Of a stretch of 64,000 bases of DNA, positions 1 through 11,946 are shown piece after piece. The position numbers were made by a program, and so were the translations under genes. Location: the NCBI RefSeq assembly GCF_009914755.1, contig NC_060938.1, one strand, 5' to 3'. The stretch is from the human T2T-CHM13v2.0 reference genome, Homo sapiens. A model generated the notes under the pieces. That model saw only the letters and a program-made list of their open reading frames with translations. It searched no databases and had not been told where the DNA came from. The stretch's first letter is position 1. Each line of letters begins with the position of its first letter.

Positions 1-161
1 ACCGTAGGCGTCAAGGCGCTCCAAATGTCCACTTCCAGATACTACAAAAAGAGTGTTTCAAACCTACTCTGTGAAAGGGAATATTCAACTCTGTGACTTG
101 AATGCACATATCACAAGGAAGTTTCTGAGAATGCTTCTGTCGAGATTTTATATGAAGATAT

Positions 162-178
162 TCCCGTTTCCAACGAAA
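162..178 (-). promoter_or_regulatory. CENP-B box 1 of the HOR (recurs at the same offset in every copy; mutated in the copy at 54686)
   Basis: tcccgtttccaacgaaa = TTTCGTTGGAAACGGGA on the minus strand, matching the 17-bp CENP-B box with the core TTCG....A..CGGG intact. Confidence 0.97.
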
Positions 179-503
179 TCCTGAAATCTATCCAAATATC
201 CCCTCGCAGATTCTACAAAAAGAGTGTTTCAAAACTGCTCTTTAAAAAGAAAGGTTCAACTCTGTTAGTTGAGTACACACATCACAAACAAGTTTCACAG
301 AATGCTTCTTTCTAGCTTGTAGGGGAAGATATTCCCTTTATCACCATGGGCCTCAAACCGTCCGATAAGTCCACTTCCATATACTACAAAAAGAGCGTTT
401 CAAACCTGCTCTATGAAAGGCAACGTTCAACTCTGTGACTTGAATGCAGACATCACAGAGCAGTTTCTGAGAATGCTTCTGTCTAGATTTTATAGGAAGA
501 TAT

Positions 504-520
504 TCCCGTTTCCAACGAAA
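504..520 (-). promoter_or_regulatory. CENP-B box 2 of the HOR (every copy)
   Basis: tcccgtttccaacgaaa, 342 bp after box 1. Confidence 0.97.
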
Positions 521-845
521 TCTTCACAGCTATCCAAATATCCACTTGCAGATTCTACAAAAAGAGTGTATCAAAACTGCTCTGTCAAAAGGAAGGTTCT
601 TCTCTGTTAGGTGAGTGCATACGTCATAAAGGAGTTTCTGAGAATGTTTCTGTCTAGTGGTTATGGGAAGATATTTGCTTTTTCCCCGTAGGCCTCAGGG
701 CGCTCCAAATGTCCACTTGCACATGCTACAAAAAGAGTGCTTCAAAGCTGCTCTCTGAAAGGGAATGTTCAACTCTATGAGTTGAATGCAAACATCACAA
801 AGACGTTTCTGAGAATGCTTCTGTCTAGATTTGATATGAAGATAT

Positions 846-862
846 TCCCGTTTCCAACGAAA
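846..862 (-). promoter_or_regulatory. CENP-B box 3 of the HOR (every copy)
   Basis: tcccgtttccaacgaaa, 342 bp after box 2. Confidence 0.97.
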
Positions 863-1179
863 TCTTCAAATCTATCCAAATGTCCACTTGCAGATTCAAC
901 AAAAAGTGTTTTTCAGAACTGCTCTATCAAAAGAAAGATCCACCTCTGTTAGCTGAGTTCACACATCACAAACAAGTTTATGAGAATGCTTCTGTCTAGT
1001 TTTTATTTGAAGATATTTCCTTTCTCACCATAGACCTGAAAGCTGTCCTAATGTTCACTTCCAGTTACTACAGAGTGTTTCAAAACTGCTGTACGAAAGG
1101 GAATGTTCAACTCTGTGACTTGAATGCACACATCACAAAGAAGTTTCTGAGGATGCTGCTGTCTACTTTTTATACTTAA

Positions 1180-1196
1180 TCCCGTTTCCAACGAAA
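1180..1196 (-). promoter_or_regulatory. CENP-B box 4 of the HOR (every copy)
   Basis: tcccgtttccaacgaaa, 334 bp after box 3 in 1360-bp copies (338 bp in 1364-bp copies). Confidence 0.97.
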
Positions 1197-1350
1197 TCCT
1201 CCAAGCTATCCAAATATCCACTTGCAGATTCCACAGAAAGACTGTTTCAAAACTGCTCTGTCAATAGAAAGGTTCAACTCTGTTAGCTGCGTGCATATAT
1301 CCCAAAGCAGATTCTGAGATTGCTTCTGTCTAGTTTTTATGGGAAGATAT

Positions 1351-1367
1351 TTCCCTTTTCACCGTAG
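1351..1367 (-). promoter_or_regulatory. pJalpha-type (A-box) site of an A-type monomer; diverged versions lie near 332, 675 and 1017
   Basis: ttcccttttcaccgtag = CTACGGTGAAAAGGGAA on the minus strand, located one monomer (171 bp) from a CENP-B box, at the homologous position. Confidence 0.7.
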
Positions 1368-4300
1368 GCGTCAAGGCGCTCCAAATGTCCACTTCCAGAT
1401 ACTACAAAAAGAGTGTTTCAAACCTACTCTGTGAAAGGGAATATTCAACTCTGTGACTTGAATGCACATATCACAAGGAAGTTTCTGAGAATGCTTCTGT
1501 CGAGATTTTATATGAAGATATTCCCGTTTCCAACGAAATCCTGAAATCTATCCAAATATCCCCTCGCAGATTCTACAAAAAGAGTGTTTCAAAACTGCTC
1601 TTTAAAAAGAAAGGTTCAACTCTGTTAGTTGAGTACACACATCACAAACAAGTTTCACAGAATGCTTCTTTCTAGCTTGTAGGGGAAGATATTCCCTTTA
1701 TCACCATGGGCCTCAAACCGTCCGATAAGTCCACTTCCATATACTACAAAAAGAGCGTTTCAAACCTGCTCTATGAAAGGCAACGTTCAACTCTGTGACT
1801 TGAATGCAGACATCACAGAGCAGTTTCTGAGAATGCTTCTGTCTAGATTTTATAGGAAGATATTCCCGTTTCCAACGAAATCTTCACAGCTATCCAAATA
1901 TCCACTTGCAGATTCTACAAAAAGAGTGTATCAAAACTGCTCTGTCAAAAGGAAGGTTCTTCTCTGTTAGGTGAGTGCATACGTCATAAAGGAGTTTCTG
2001 AGAATGTTTCTGTCTAGTGGTTATGGGAAGATATTTGCTTTTTCCCCGTAGGCCTCAGGGCGCTCCAAATGTCCACTTGCACATGCTACAAAAAGAGTGC
2101 TTCAAAGCTGCTCTCTGAAAGGGAATGTTCAACTCTATGAGTTGAATGCAAACATCACAAAGACGTTTCTGAGAATGCTTCTGTCTAGATTTGATATGAA
2201 GATATTCCCGTTTCCAACGAAATCTTCAAATCTATCCAAATGTCCACTTGCAGATTCAACAAAAAGTGTTTTTCAGAACTGCTCTATCAAAAGAAAGATC
2301 CACCTCTGTTAGCTGAGTTCACACATCACAAACAAGTTTATGAGAATGCTTCTGTCTAGTTTTTATTTGAAGATATTTCCTTTCTCACCATAGACCTGAA
2401 AGCTGTCCTAATGTTCACTTCCAGTTACTACAGAGTGTTTCAAAACTGCTGTACGAAAGGGAATGTTCAACTCTGTGACTTGAATGCACACATCACAAAG
2501 AAGTTTCTGAGGATGCTGCTGTCTACTTTTTATACTTAATCCCGTTTCCAACGAAATCCTCCAAGCTATCCAAATATCCACTTGCAGATTCCACAGAAAG
2601 ACTGTTTCAAAACTGCTCTGTCAATAGAAAGGTTCAACTCTGTTAGCTGCGTGCATATATCCCAAAGAAGATTCTGAGATTGCTTCTGTCTAGTTTTTAT
2701 GGGAAGATATTTCCCTTTTCACCGTAGGCGTCAAGGCGCTCCAAATGTCCACTTCCAGATACTACAAAAAGAGTGTTTCAAACCTACTCTGTGAAAGGGA
2801 ATATTCAACTCTGTGACTTGAATGCACATATCACAAGGAAGTTTCTGAGAATGCTTCTGTCGAGATTTTATATGAAGATATTCCCGTTTCCAACGAAATC
2901 CTGAAATCTATCCAAATATCCCCTCGCAGATTCTACAAAAAGAGTGTTTCAAAACTGCTCTTTAAAAAGAAAGGTTCAACTCTGTTAGTTGAGTACACAC
3001 ATCACAAACAAGTTTCACAGAATGCTTCTTTCTAGCTTGTAGGGGAAGATATTCCCTTTATCACCATGGGCCTCAAACCGTCCGATAAGTCCACTTCCAT
3101 ATACTACAAAAAGAGCGTTTCAAACCTGCTCTATGAAAGGCAACGTTCAACTCTGTGACTTGAATGCAGACATCACAGAGCAGTTTCTGAGAATGCTTCT
3201 GTCTAGATTTTATAGGAAGATATTCCCGTTTCCAACGAAATCTTCACAGCTATCCAAATATCCACTTGCAGATTCTACAAAAAGAGTGTATCAAAACTGC
3301 TCTGTCAAAAGGAAGGTTCTTCTCTGTTAGGTGAGTGCATACGTCATAAAGGAGTTTCTGAGAATGTTTCTGTCTAGTGGTTATGGGAAGATATTTGCTT
3401 TTTCCCCGTAGGCCTCAGGGCGCTCCAAATGTCCACTTGCACATGCTACAAAAAGAGTGCTTCAAAGCTGCTCTCTGAAAGGGAATGTTCAACTCTATGA
3501 GTTGAATGCAAACATCGCAAAGACGTTTCTGAGAATGCTTCTGTCTAGATTTGATATGAAGATATTCCCGTTTCCAACGAAATCTTCAAATCTATCCAAA
3601 TGTCCACTTGCAGATTCAACAAAAAGTGTTTTTCAGAACTGCTCTATCAAAAGAAAGATCCACCTCTGTTAGCTGAGTTCAGACATCACAAACAAGTTTA
3701 TGAGAATGCTTCTGTCTAGTTTTTATTTGAAGATATTTCCTTTCTCACCATAGACCTGAAAGCTGTCCTAATGTTCACTTCCAGTTACTACAGAGTGTTT
3801 CAAAACTGCTGTACGAAAGGGAATGTTCAACTCTGTGACTTGAATGCACACATCACAAAGAAGTTTCTGAGGATGCTGCTGTCTACTTTTTATACTTAAT
3901 CCCGTTTCCAACGAAATCCTCCAAGCTATCCAAATATCCACTTGCAGATTCCACAGAAAGACTGTTTCAAAACTGCTCTGTCAATAGAAAGGTTCAACTC
4001 TGTTAGCTGCGTGCATATATCCCAAAGAAGATTCTGAGATTGCTTCTGTCTAGTTTTTATGGGAAGATATTTCCCTTTTCACCGTAGGCGTCAAGGCGCT
4101 CCAAATGTCCACTTCCAGATACTACAAAAAGAGTGTTTCAAACCTACTCTGTGAAAGGGAATATTCAACTCTGTGACTTGAATGCACATATCACAAGGAA
4201 GTTTCTGAGAATGCTTCTGTCGAGATTTTATATGAAGATATTCCCGTTTCCAACGAAATCCTGAAATCTATCCAAATATCCCCTCGCAGATTCTACAAAA

Positions 4301-7300
4301 AGAGTGTTTCAAAACTGCTCTGTAAAAAGAAAGGTTCAACTCTGTTAGTTGAGTACACACATCACAAACAAGTTTCACAGAATGCTTCTTTCTAGCTTGT
4401 AGGGGAAGATATTCCCTTTATCACCATGGGCCTCAAACCGTCCGATAAGTCCACTTCCATATACTACAAAAAGAGCGTTTCAAACCTGCTCTATGAAAGG
4501 CAATGTTCAACTCTGTGACTTGAATGCAGACATCACAGAGCAGTTTCTGAGAATGCTTCTGTCTAGATTTTATAGGAAGATATTCCCGTTTCCAACGAAA
4601 TCTTCACAGCTATCCAAATATCCACTTGCAGATTCTACAAAAAGAGTGTATCAAAACTGCTCTGTCAAAAGGAAGGTTCTTCTCTGTTAGGTGAGTGCAT
4701 ACGTCATAAAGGAGTTTCTGAGAATGTTTCTGTCTAGTGGTTATGGGAAGATATTTGCTTTTTCCCCGTAGGCCTCAGGGCGCTCCAAATGTCCACTTGC
4801 ACATGCTACAAAAAGAGTGCTTCAAAGCTGCTCTCTGAAAGGGAATGTTCAACTCTATGAGTTGAATGCAAACATCGCAAAGACGTTTCTGAGAATGCTT
4901 CTGTCTAGATTTGATATGAAGATATTCCCGTTTCCAACGAAATCTTCAAATCTATCCAAATGTCCACTTGCAGATTCAACAAAAAGTGTTTTTCAGAACT
5001 GCTCTATCAAAAGAAAGATCCACCTCTGTTAGCTGAGTTCAGACATCACAAACAAGTTTATGAGAATGCTTCTGTCTAGTTTTTATTTGAAGATATTTCC
5101 TTTCTCACCATAGACCTGAAAGCTGTCCTAATGTTCACTTCCAGTTACTACAGAAAGAGTATTTCAAAACTGCTGTACGAAAGGGAATGTTCAACTCTGT
5201 GACTTGAATGCACACATCACAAAGAAGTTTCTGAGGATGCTGCTGTCTACTTTTTATACTTAATCCCGTTTCCAACGAAATCCTCCAAGCTATCCAAATA
5301 TCCACTTGCAGATTCCACAGAAAGACTGTTTCAAAACTGCTCTGTCAATAGAAAGGTTCAACTCTGTTAGCTGCGTGCATATATCCCAAAGCAGATTCTG
5401 AGATTGCTTCTGTCTAGTTTTTATGGGAAGATATTTCCCTTTTCACCGTAGGCGTCAAGGCGCTCCAAATGTCCACTTCCAGATACTACAAAAAGAGTGT
5501 TTCAAACCTACTCTGTGAAAGGGAATATTCAACTCTGTGACTTGAATGCACATATCACAAGGAAGTTTCTGAGAATGCTTCTGTCGAGATTTTATATGAA
5601 GATATTCCCGTTTCCAACGAAATCCTGAAATCTATCCAAATATCCCCTCGCAGATTCTACAAAAAGAGTGTTTCAAAACTGCTCTTTAAAAAGAAAGGTT
5701 CAACTCTGTTAGTTGAGTACACACATCACAAACAAGTTTCACAGAATGCTTCTTTCTAGCTTGTAGGGGAAGATATTCCCTTTATCACCATGGGCCTCAA
5801 ACCGTCCGATAAGTCCACTTCCATATACTACAAAAAGAGCGTTTCAAACCTGCTCTATGAAAGGCAACGTTCAACTCTGTGACTTGAATGCAGACATCAC
5901 AGAGCAGTTTCTGAGAATGCTTCTGTCTAGATTTTATAGGAAGATATTCCCGTTTCCAACGAAATCTTCACAGCTATCCAAATATCCACTTGCAGATTCT
6001 ACAAAAAGAGTGTATCAAAACTGCTCTGTCAAAAGGAAGGTTCTTTTCTGTTAGGTGAGTGCATACGTCATAAAGGAGTTTCTGAGAATGTTTCTGTCTA
6101 GTGGTTATGGGAAGATATTTGCTTTTTCCCCGTAGGCCTCAGGGCGCTCCAAATGTCCACTTGCACATGCTACAAAAAGAGTGCTTCAAAGCTGCTCTCT
6201 GAAAGGGAATGTTCAACTCTATGAGTTGAATGCAAACATCGCAAAGACGTTTCTGAGAATGCTTCTGTCTAGATTTGATATGAAGATATTCCCGTTTCCA
6301 ACGAAATCTTCAAATCTATCCAAATGTCCACTTGCAGATTCAACAAAAAGTGTTTTTCAGAACTGCTCTATCAAAAGAAAGATCCACCTCTGTTAGCTGA
6401 GTTCAGACATCACAAACAAGTTTATGAGAATGCTTCTGTCTAGTTTTTATTTGAAGATATTTCCTTTCTCACCATAGACCTGAAAGCTGTCCTAATGTTC
6501 ACTTCCAGTTACTACAGAAAGAGTGTTTCAAAACTGCTGTACGAAAGGGAATGTTCAACTCTGTGACTTGAATGCACACATCACAAAGAAGTTTCTGAGG
6601 ATGCTGCTGTCTACTTTTTATACGTAATCCCGTTTCCAACGAAATCCTCCAAGCTATCCAAATATCCACTTGCAGATTCCACAGAAAGACTGTTTCAAAA
6701 CTGCTCTGTCAATAGAAAGGTTCAACTCTGTTAGCTGCGTGCATATATCCCAAAGCAGATTCTGAGATTGCTTCTGTCTAGTTTTTATGGGAAGATATTT
6801 CCCTTTTCACCGTAGGCGTCAAGGCGCTCCAAATGTCCACTTCCAGATACTACAAAAAGAGTGTTTCAAACCTACTCTGTGAAAGGGAATATTCAACTCT
6901 GTGACTTGAATGCACATATCACAAGGAAGTTTCTGAGAATGCTTCTGTCGAGATTTTATATGAAGATATTCCCGTTTCCAACGAAATCCTGAAATCTATC
7001 CAAATATCCCCTCGCAGATTCTACAAAAAGAGTGTTTCAAAACTGCTCTGTAAAAAGAAAGGTTCAACTCTGTTAGTTGAGTACACACATCACAAACAAG
7101 TTTCACAGAATGCTTCTTTCTAGCTTGTAGGGGAAGATATTCCCTTTATCACCATGGGCCTCAAACCGTCCGATAAGTCCACTTCCATATACTACAAAAA
7201 GAGCGTTTCAAACCTGCTCTATGAAAGGCAATGTTCAACTCTGTGACTTGAATGCAGACATCACAGAGCAGTTTCTGAGAATGCTTCTGTCTAGATTTTA

Positions 7301-10300
7301 TAGGAAGATATTCCCGTTTCCAACGAAATCTTCACAGCTATCCAAATATCCACTTGCAGATTCTACAAAAAGAGTGTATCAAAACTGCTCTGTCAAAAGG
7401 AAGGTTCTTTTCTGTTAGGTGAGTGCATACGTCATAAAGGAGTTTCTGAGAATGTTTCTGTCTAGTGGTTATGGGAAGATATTTGCTTTTTCACCGTAGG
7501 CCTCAGAGCGCTCCAAATATCCACTTGCACATACTACAAAAAGAGTGCCTCAAAGCTGCTCTCTGAAACGGAATGTGCAACTCTATGAGTTGAATGCAAA
7601 CATCGCAAAGACGTTTCTGAGAATGCTTCTGTCTAGATTTGATATGAAGATATTCCCGTTTCCAACGAAATCTTCAAATCTATCCAAATGTCCACTTGCA
7701 GATTCAACAAAAAGTGTTTTTCAGAACTGCTCTATCAAAAGAAAGATCCACCTCTGTTAGCTGAGTTCACACATCACAAACAAGTTTATGAGAATGCTTC
7801 TGTCTAGTTTTTATTTGAAGATATTTCCTTTCTCACCATAGAGCTGAAAGCTGTCCTAATGTTCACTTCCAGATACTACAGAAAGAGTGTTTCAAAACTG
7901 CTGTACGAAAGGGAATGTTCAACTCTGTGACTTGAATGCACACATCACAAAGAAGTTTCTGAGGATGCTGCTGTCTACTTTTTATACGTAATCCCGTTTC
8001 CAACGAAATCCTCCAAGCTATCCAAATATCCACTTGCAGATTCCACAGAAAGACTGTTTCAAAACTGCTCTGTCAATAGAAAGGTTCAACTCTGTTAGCT
8101 GCGTGCATATATCCCAAAGAAGATTCTGAGATTGCTTCTGTCTAGTTTTTATGGGAAGAGATTTCCCTTTTCACCGTAGGTGTCAAGGCGCTCCAAATGT
8201 CCACTTCCAGATACTACAAAAAGAGTGTTTCAAACCTACTCTGTGAAAGGGAATATTCAACTCTGTGACTCGAATGCACATATCACAAAGAAGTTTCTGA
8301 GAATGCTTCTGTCGAGATTTTATATGAAGATATTCCCGTTTCCAACGAAATGCTGAAATCTATCCAAATATCCCCTCGCAGATTCTACAAAAAGAGTGTT
8401 TCAAAACTGCTCTGTGAAAAGAAAGGTTCAACTCTGTTAGTTGAGTACACACATCACAAACAAGTTTCACAGAATGCTTCTTTCTAGCTTGTAGGGGAAG
8501 ATATTCCCTTTATCACCATGGGCCTCAAACCGTCCGATAAGTCCACTTCCATATACTACAAAAAGAGCGTTTCAAACCTGCTCTATGAAAGGCAACGTTC
8601 AACTCTGTGACTTGAATGCAGACATCACAGAGCAGTTTCTGAGAATGCTTCTGTCTAGATTTTATAGGAAGATATTCCCGTTTCCAACGAAATCTTCACA
8701 GCTATCCAAATATCCACTTGCAGATTCTACAAAAAGAGTGTATCAAAACTGCTCTGTCAAAAGGAAGGTTCTTCTCTGTTAGGTGAGTGCATACGTCATA
8801 AAGGAGTTTCTGAGAATGTTTCTGTCTAGTGGTTATGGGAAGATATTTGCTTTTTCCCCGTAGGCCTCAGGGCGCTCCAAATGTCCACTTGCACATGCTA
8901 CAAAAAGAGTGCTTCAAAGCTGCTCTCTGAAAGGGAATGTTCAACTCTATGAGTTGAATGCAAACATCACAAAGACGTTTCTGAGAATGCTTCTGTCTAG
9001 ATTTGATATGAAGATATTCCCGTTTCCAACGAAATCTTCAAATCTATCCAAATGTCCACTTGCAGATTCAACAAAAAGTGTTTTTCAGAACTGCTCTATC
9101 AAAAGAAAGATCCACCTCTGTTAGCTGAGTTCACACATCACAAACAAGTTTATGAGAATGCTTCTGTCTAGTTTTTATTTGAAGATATTTCCTTTCTCAC
9201 CATAGACCTGAAAGCTGTCCTAATGTTCACTTCCAGTTACTACAGAAAGAGTATTTCAAAACTGCTGTACGAAAGGGAATGTTCAACTCTGTGACTTGAA
9301 TGCACACATCACAAAGAAGTTTCTGAGGATGCTGCTGTCTACTTTTTATACTTAATCCCGTTTCCAACGAAATCCTCCAAGCTATCCAAATATCCACTTG
9401 CAGATTCCACAGAAAGACTGTTTCAAAACTGCTCTGTCAATAGAAAGGTTCAACTCTGTTAGCTGCGTGCATATATCCCAAAGCAGATTCTGAGATTGCT
9501 TCTGTCTAGTTTTTATGGGAAGATATTTCCCTTTTCACCGTAGGCGTCAAGGCGCTCCAAATGTCCACTTCCAGATACTACAAAAAGAGTGTTTCAAACC
9601 TACTCTGTGAAAGGGAATATTCAACTCTGTGACTTGAATGCACATATCACAAGGAAGTTTCTGAGAATGCTTCTGTCGAGATTTTATATGAAGATATTCC
9701 CGTTTCCAACGAAATCCTGAAATCTATCCAAATATCCCCTCGCAGATTCTACAAAAAGAGTGTTTCAAAACTGCTCTTTAAAAAGAAAGGTTCAACTCTG
9801 TTAGTTGAGTACACACATCACAAACAAGTTTCACAGAATGCTTCTTTCTAGCTTGTAGGGGAAGATATTCCCTTTATCACCATGGGCCTCAAACCGTCCG
9901 ATAAGTCCACTTCCATATACTACAAAAAGAGCGTTTCAAACCTGCTCTATGAAAGGCAACGTTCAACTCTGTGACTTGAATGCAGACATCACAGAGCAGT
10001 TTCTGAGAATGCTTCTGTCTAGATTTTATAGGAAGATATTCCCGTTTCCAACGAAATCTTCACAGCTATCCAAATATCCACTTGCAGATTCTACAAAAAG
10101 AGTGTATCAAAACTGCTCTGTCAAAAGGAAGGTTCTTCTCTGTTAGGTGAGTGCATACGTCATAAAGGAGTTTCTGAGAATGTTTCTGTCTAGTGGTTAT
10201 GGGAAGATATTTGCTTTTTCCCCGTAGGCCTCAGGGCGCTCCAAATGTCCACTTGCACATGCTACAAAAAGAGTGCTTCAAAGCTGCTCTCTGAAAGGGA

Positions 10301-11890
10301 ATGTTCAACTCTATGAGTTGAATGCAAACATCACAAAGACGTTTCTGAGAATGCTTCTGTCTAGATTTGATATGAAGATATTCCCGTTTCCAACGAAATC
10401 TTCAAATCTATCCAAATGTCCACTTGCAGATTCAACAAAAAGTGTTTTTCAGAACTGCTCTATCAAAAGAAAGATCCACCTCTGTTAGCTGAGTTCAGAC
10501 ATCACAAACAAGTTTATGAGAATGCTTCTGTCTAGTTTTTATTTGAAGATATTTCCTTTCTCACCATAGACCTGAAAGCTGTCCTAATGTTCACTTCCAG
10601 TTACTACAGAGTGTTTCAAAACTGCTGTACGAAAGGGAATGTTCAACTCTGTGACTTGAATGCACACATCACAAAGAAGTTTCTGAGGATGCTGCTGTCT
10701 ACTTTTTATACTTAATCCCGTTTCCAACGAAATCCTCCAAGCTATCCAAATATCCACTTGCAGATTCCACAGAAAGACTGTTTCAAAACTGCTCTGTCAA
10801 TAGAAAGGTTCAACTCTGTTAGCTGCGTGCATATATCCCAAAGCAGATTCTGAGATTGCTTCTGTCTAGTTTTTATGGGAAGATATTTCCCTTTTCACCG
10901 TAGGCGTCAAGGCGCTCCAAATGTCCACTTCCAGATACTACAAAAAGAGTGTTTCAAACCTACTCTGTGAAAGGGAATATTCAACTCTGTGACTTGAATG
11001 CACATATCACAAGGAAGTTTCTGAGAATGCTTCTGTCGAGATTTTATATGAAGATATTCCCGTTTCCAACGAAATCCTGAAATCTATCCAAATATCCCCT
11101 CGCAGATTCTACAAAAAGAGTGTTTCAAAACTGCTCTTTAAAAAGAAAGGTTCAACTCTGTTAGTTGAGTACACACATCACAAACAAGTTTCACAGAATG
11201 CTTCTTTCTAGCTTGTAGGGGAAGATATTCCCTTTATCACCATGGGCCTCAAACCGTCCGATAAGTCCACTTCCATATACTACAAAAAGAGCGTTTCAAA
11301 CCTGCTCTATGAAAGGCAACGTTCAACTCTGTGACTTGAATGCAGACATCACAGAGCAGTTTCTGAGAATGCTTCTGTCTAGATTTTATAGGAAGATATT
11401 CCCGTTTCCAACGAAATCTTCACAGCTATCCAAATATCCACTTGCAGATTCTACAAAAAGAGTGTATCAAAACTGCTCTGTCAAAAGGAAGGTTCTTCTC
11501 TGTTAGGTGAGTGCATACGTCATAAAGGAGTTTCTGAGAATGTTTCTGTCTAGTGGTTATGGGAAGATATTTGCTTTTTCCCCGTAGGCCTCAGGGCGCT
11601 CCAAATGTCCACTTGCACATGCTACAAAAAGAGTGCTTCAAAGCTGCTCTCTGAAAGGGAATGTTCAACTCTATGAGTTGAATGCAAACATCACAAAGAC
11701 GTTTCTGAGAATGCTTCTGTCTAGATTTGATATGAAGATATTCCCGTTTCCAACGAAATCTTCAAATCTATCCAAATGTCCACTTGCAGATTCAACAAAA
11801 AGTGTTTTTCAGAACTGCTCTATCAAAAGAAAGATCCACCTCTGTTAGCTGAGTTCAGACATCACAAACAAGTTTATGAGAATGCTTCTG

Positions 11891-11946
11891 TCTAGTTTTT
11901 ATTTGAAGATATTTCCTTTCTAGTTTTTATTTGAAGATATTTCCTT
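11891..11946. repeat. 28-bp perfect tandem duplication within HOR copy 9 (unit length 1388 bp)
   Basis: tctagtttttatttgaagatatttcctt occurs twice (11891-11918, 11919-11946). ORF spacing 11309 to 12697 is 1388 = 1360+28. Confidence 0.97.

Larger units (their letters stand above)
1..1360 (-). repeat. Representative HOR unit (8 monomers = 4 A/B dimers), SF2-like; probably the chr14/22 D14Z9/D22Z1 (alphaXT-type) 8-mer
   Basis: The unit restarts at 1361 (accgtaggcgtcaagg). CENP-B boxes are spaced 342/342/334/342 bp. The box context GATTTCGTTGGAAACGGGAATATCTTC is typical of SF2 D-type monomers. Each unit has a TaqI site (140-143), XbaI sites (482, 824) and an NcoI site (344-349). The chromosome assignment is recalled, not searched; other SF2 arrays with 8-mer forms (chr18, chr20) are not formally excluded. 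Confidence 0.65.

Noticed and set aside
605-620. Splice-donor-like ag|gtgagt in each unit
   Set aside because: A short motif expected by chance, with no exon structure or supporting signals.
1-1360. SF1 8-mer arrays (chr10 D10Z1, chr12 D12Z3) as the source
   Set aside because: The box context GATTTCGTTGGAAACGGGAATATC fits SF2 monomers better than the SF1 GCCTTCGTTGGAAACGGGATTTC context as I recall it. Not confirmed by a search.
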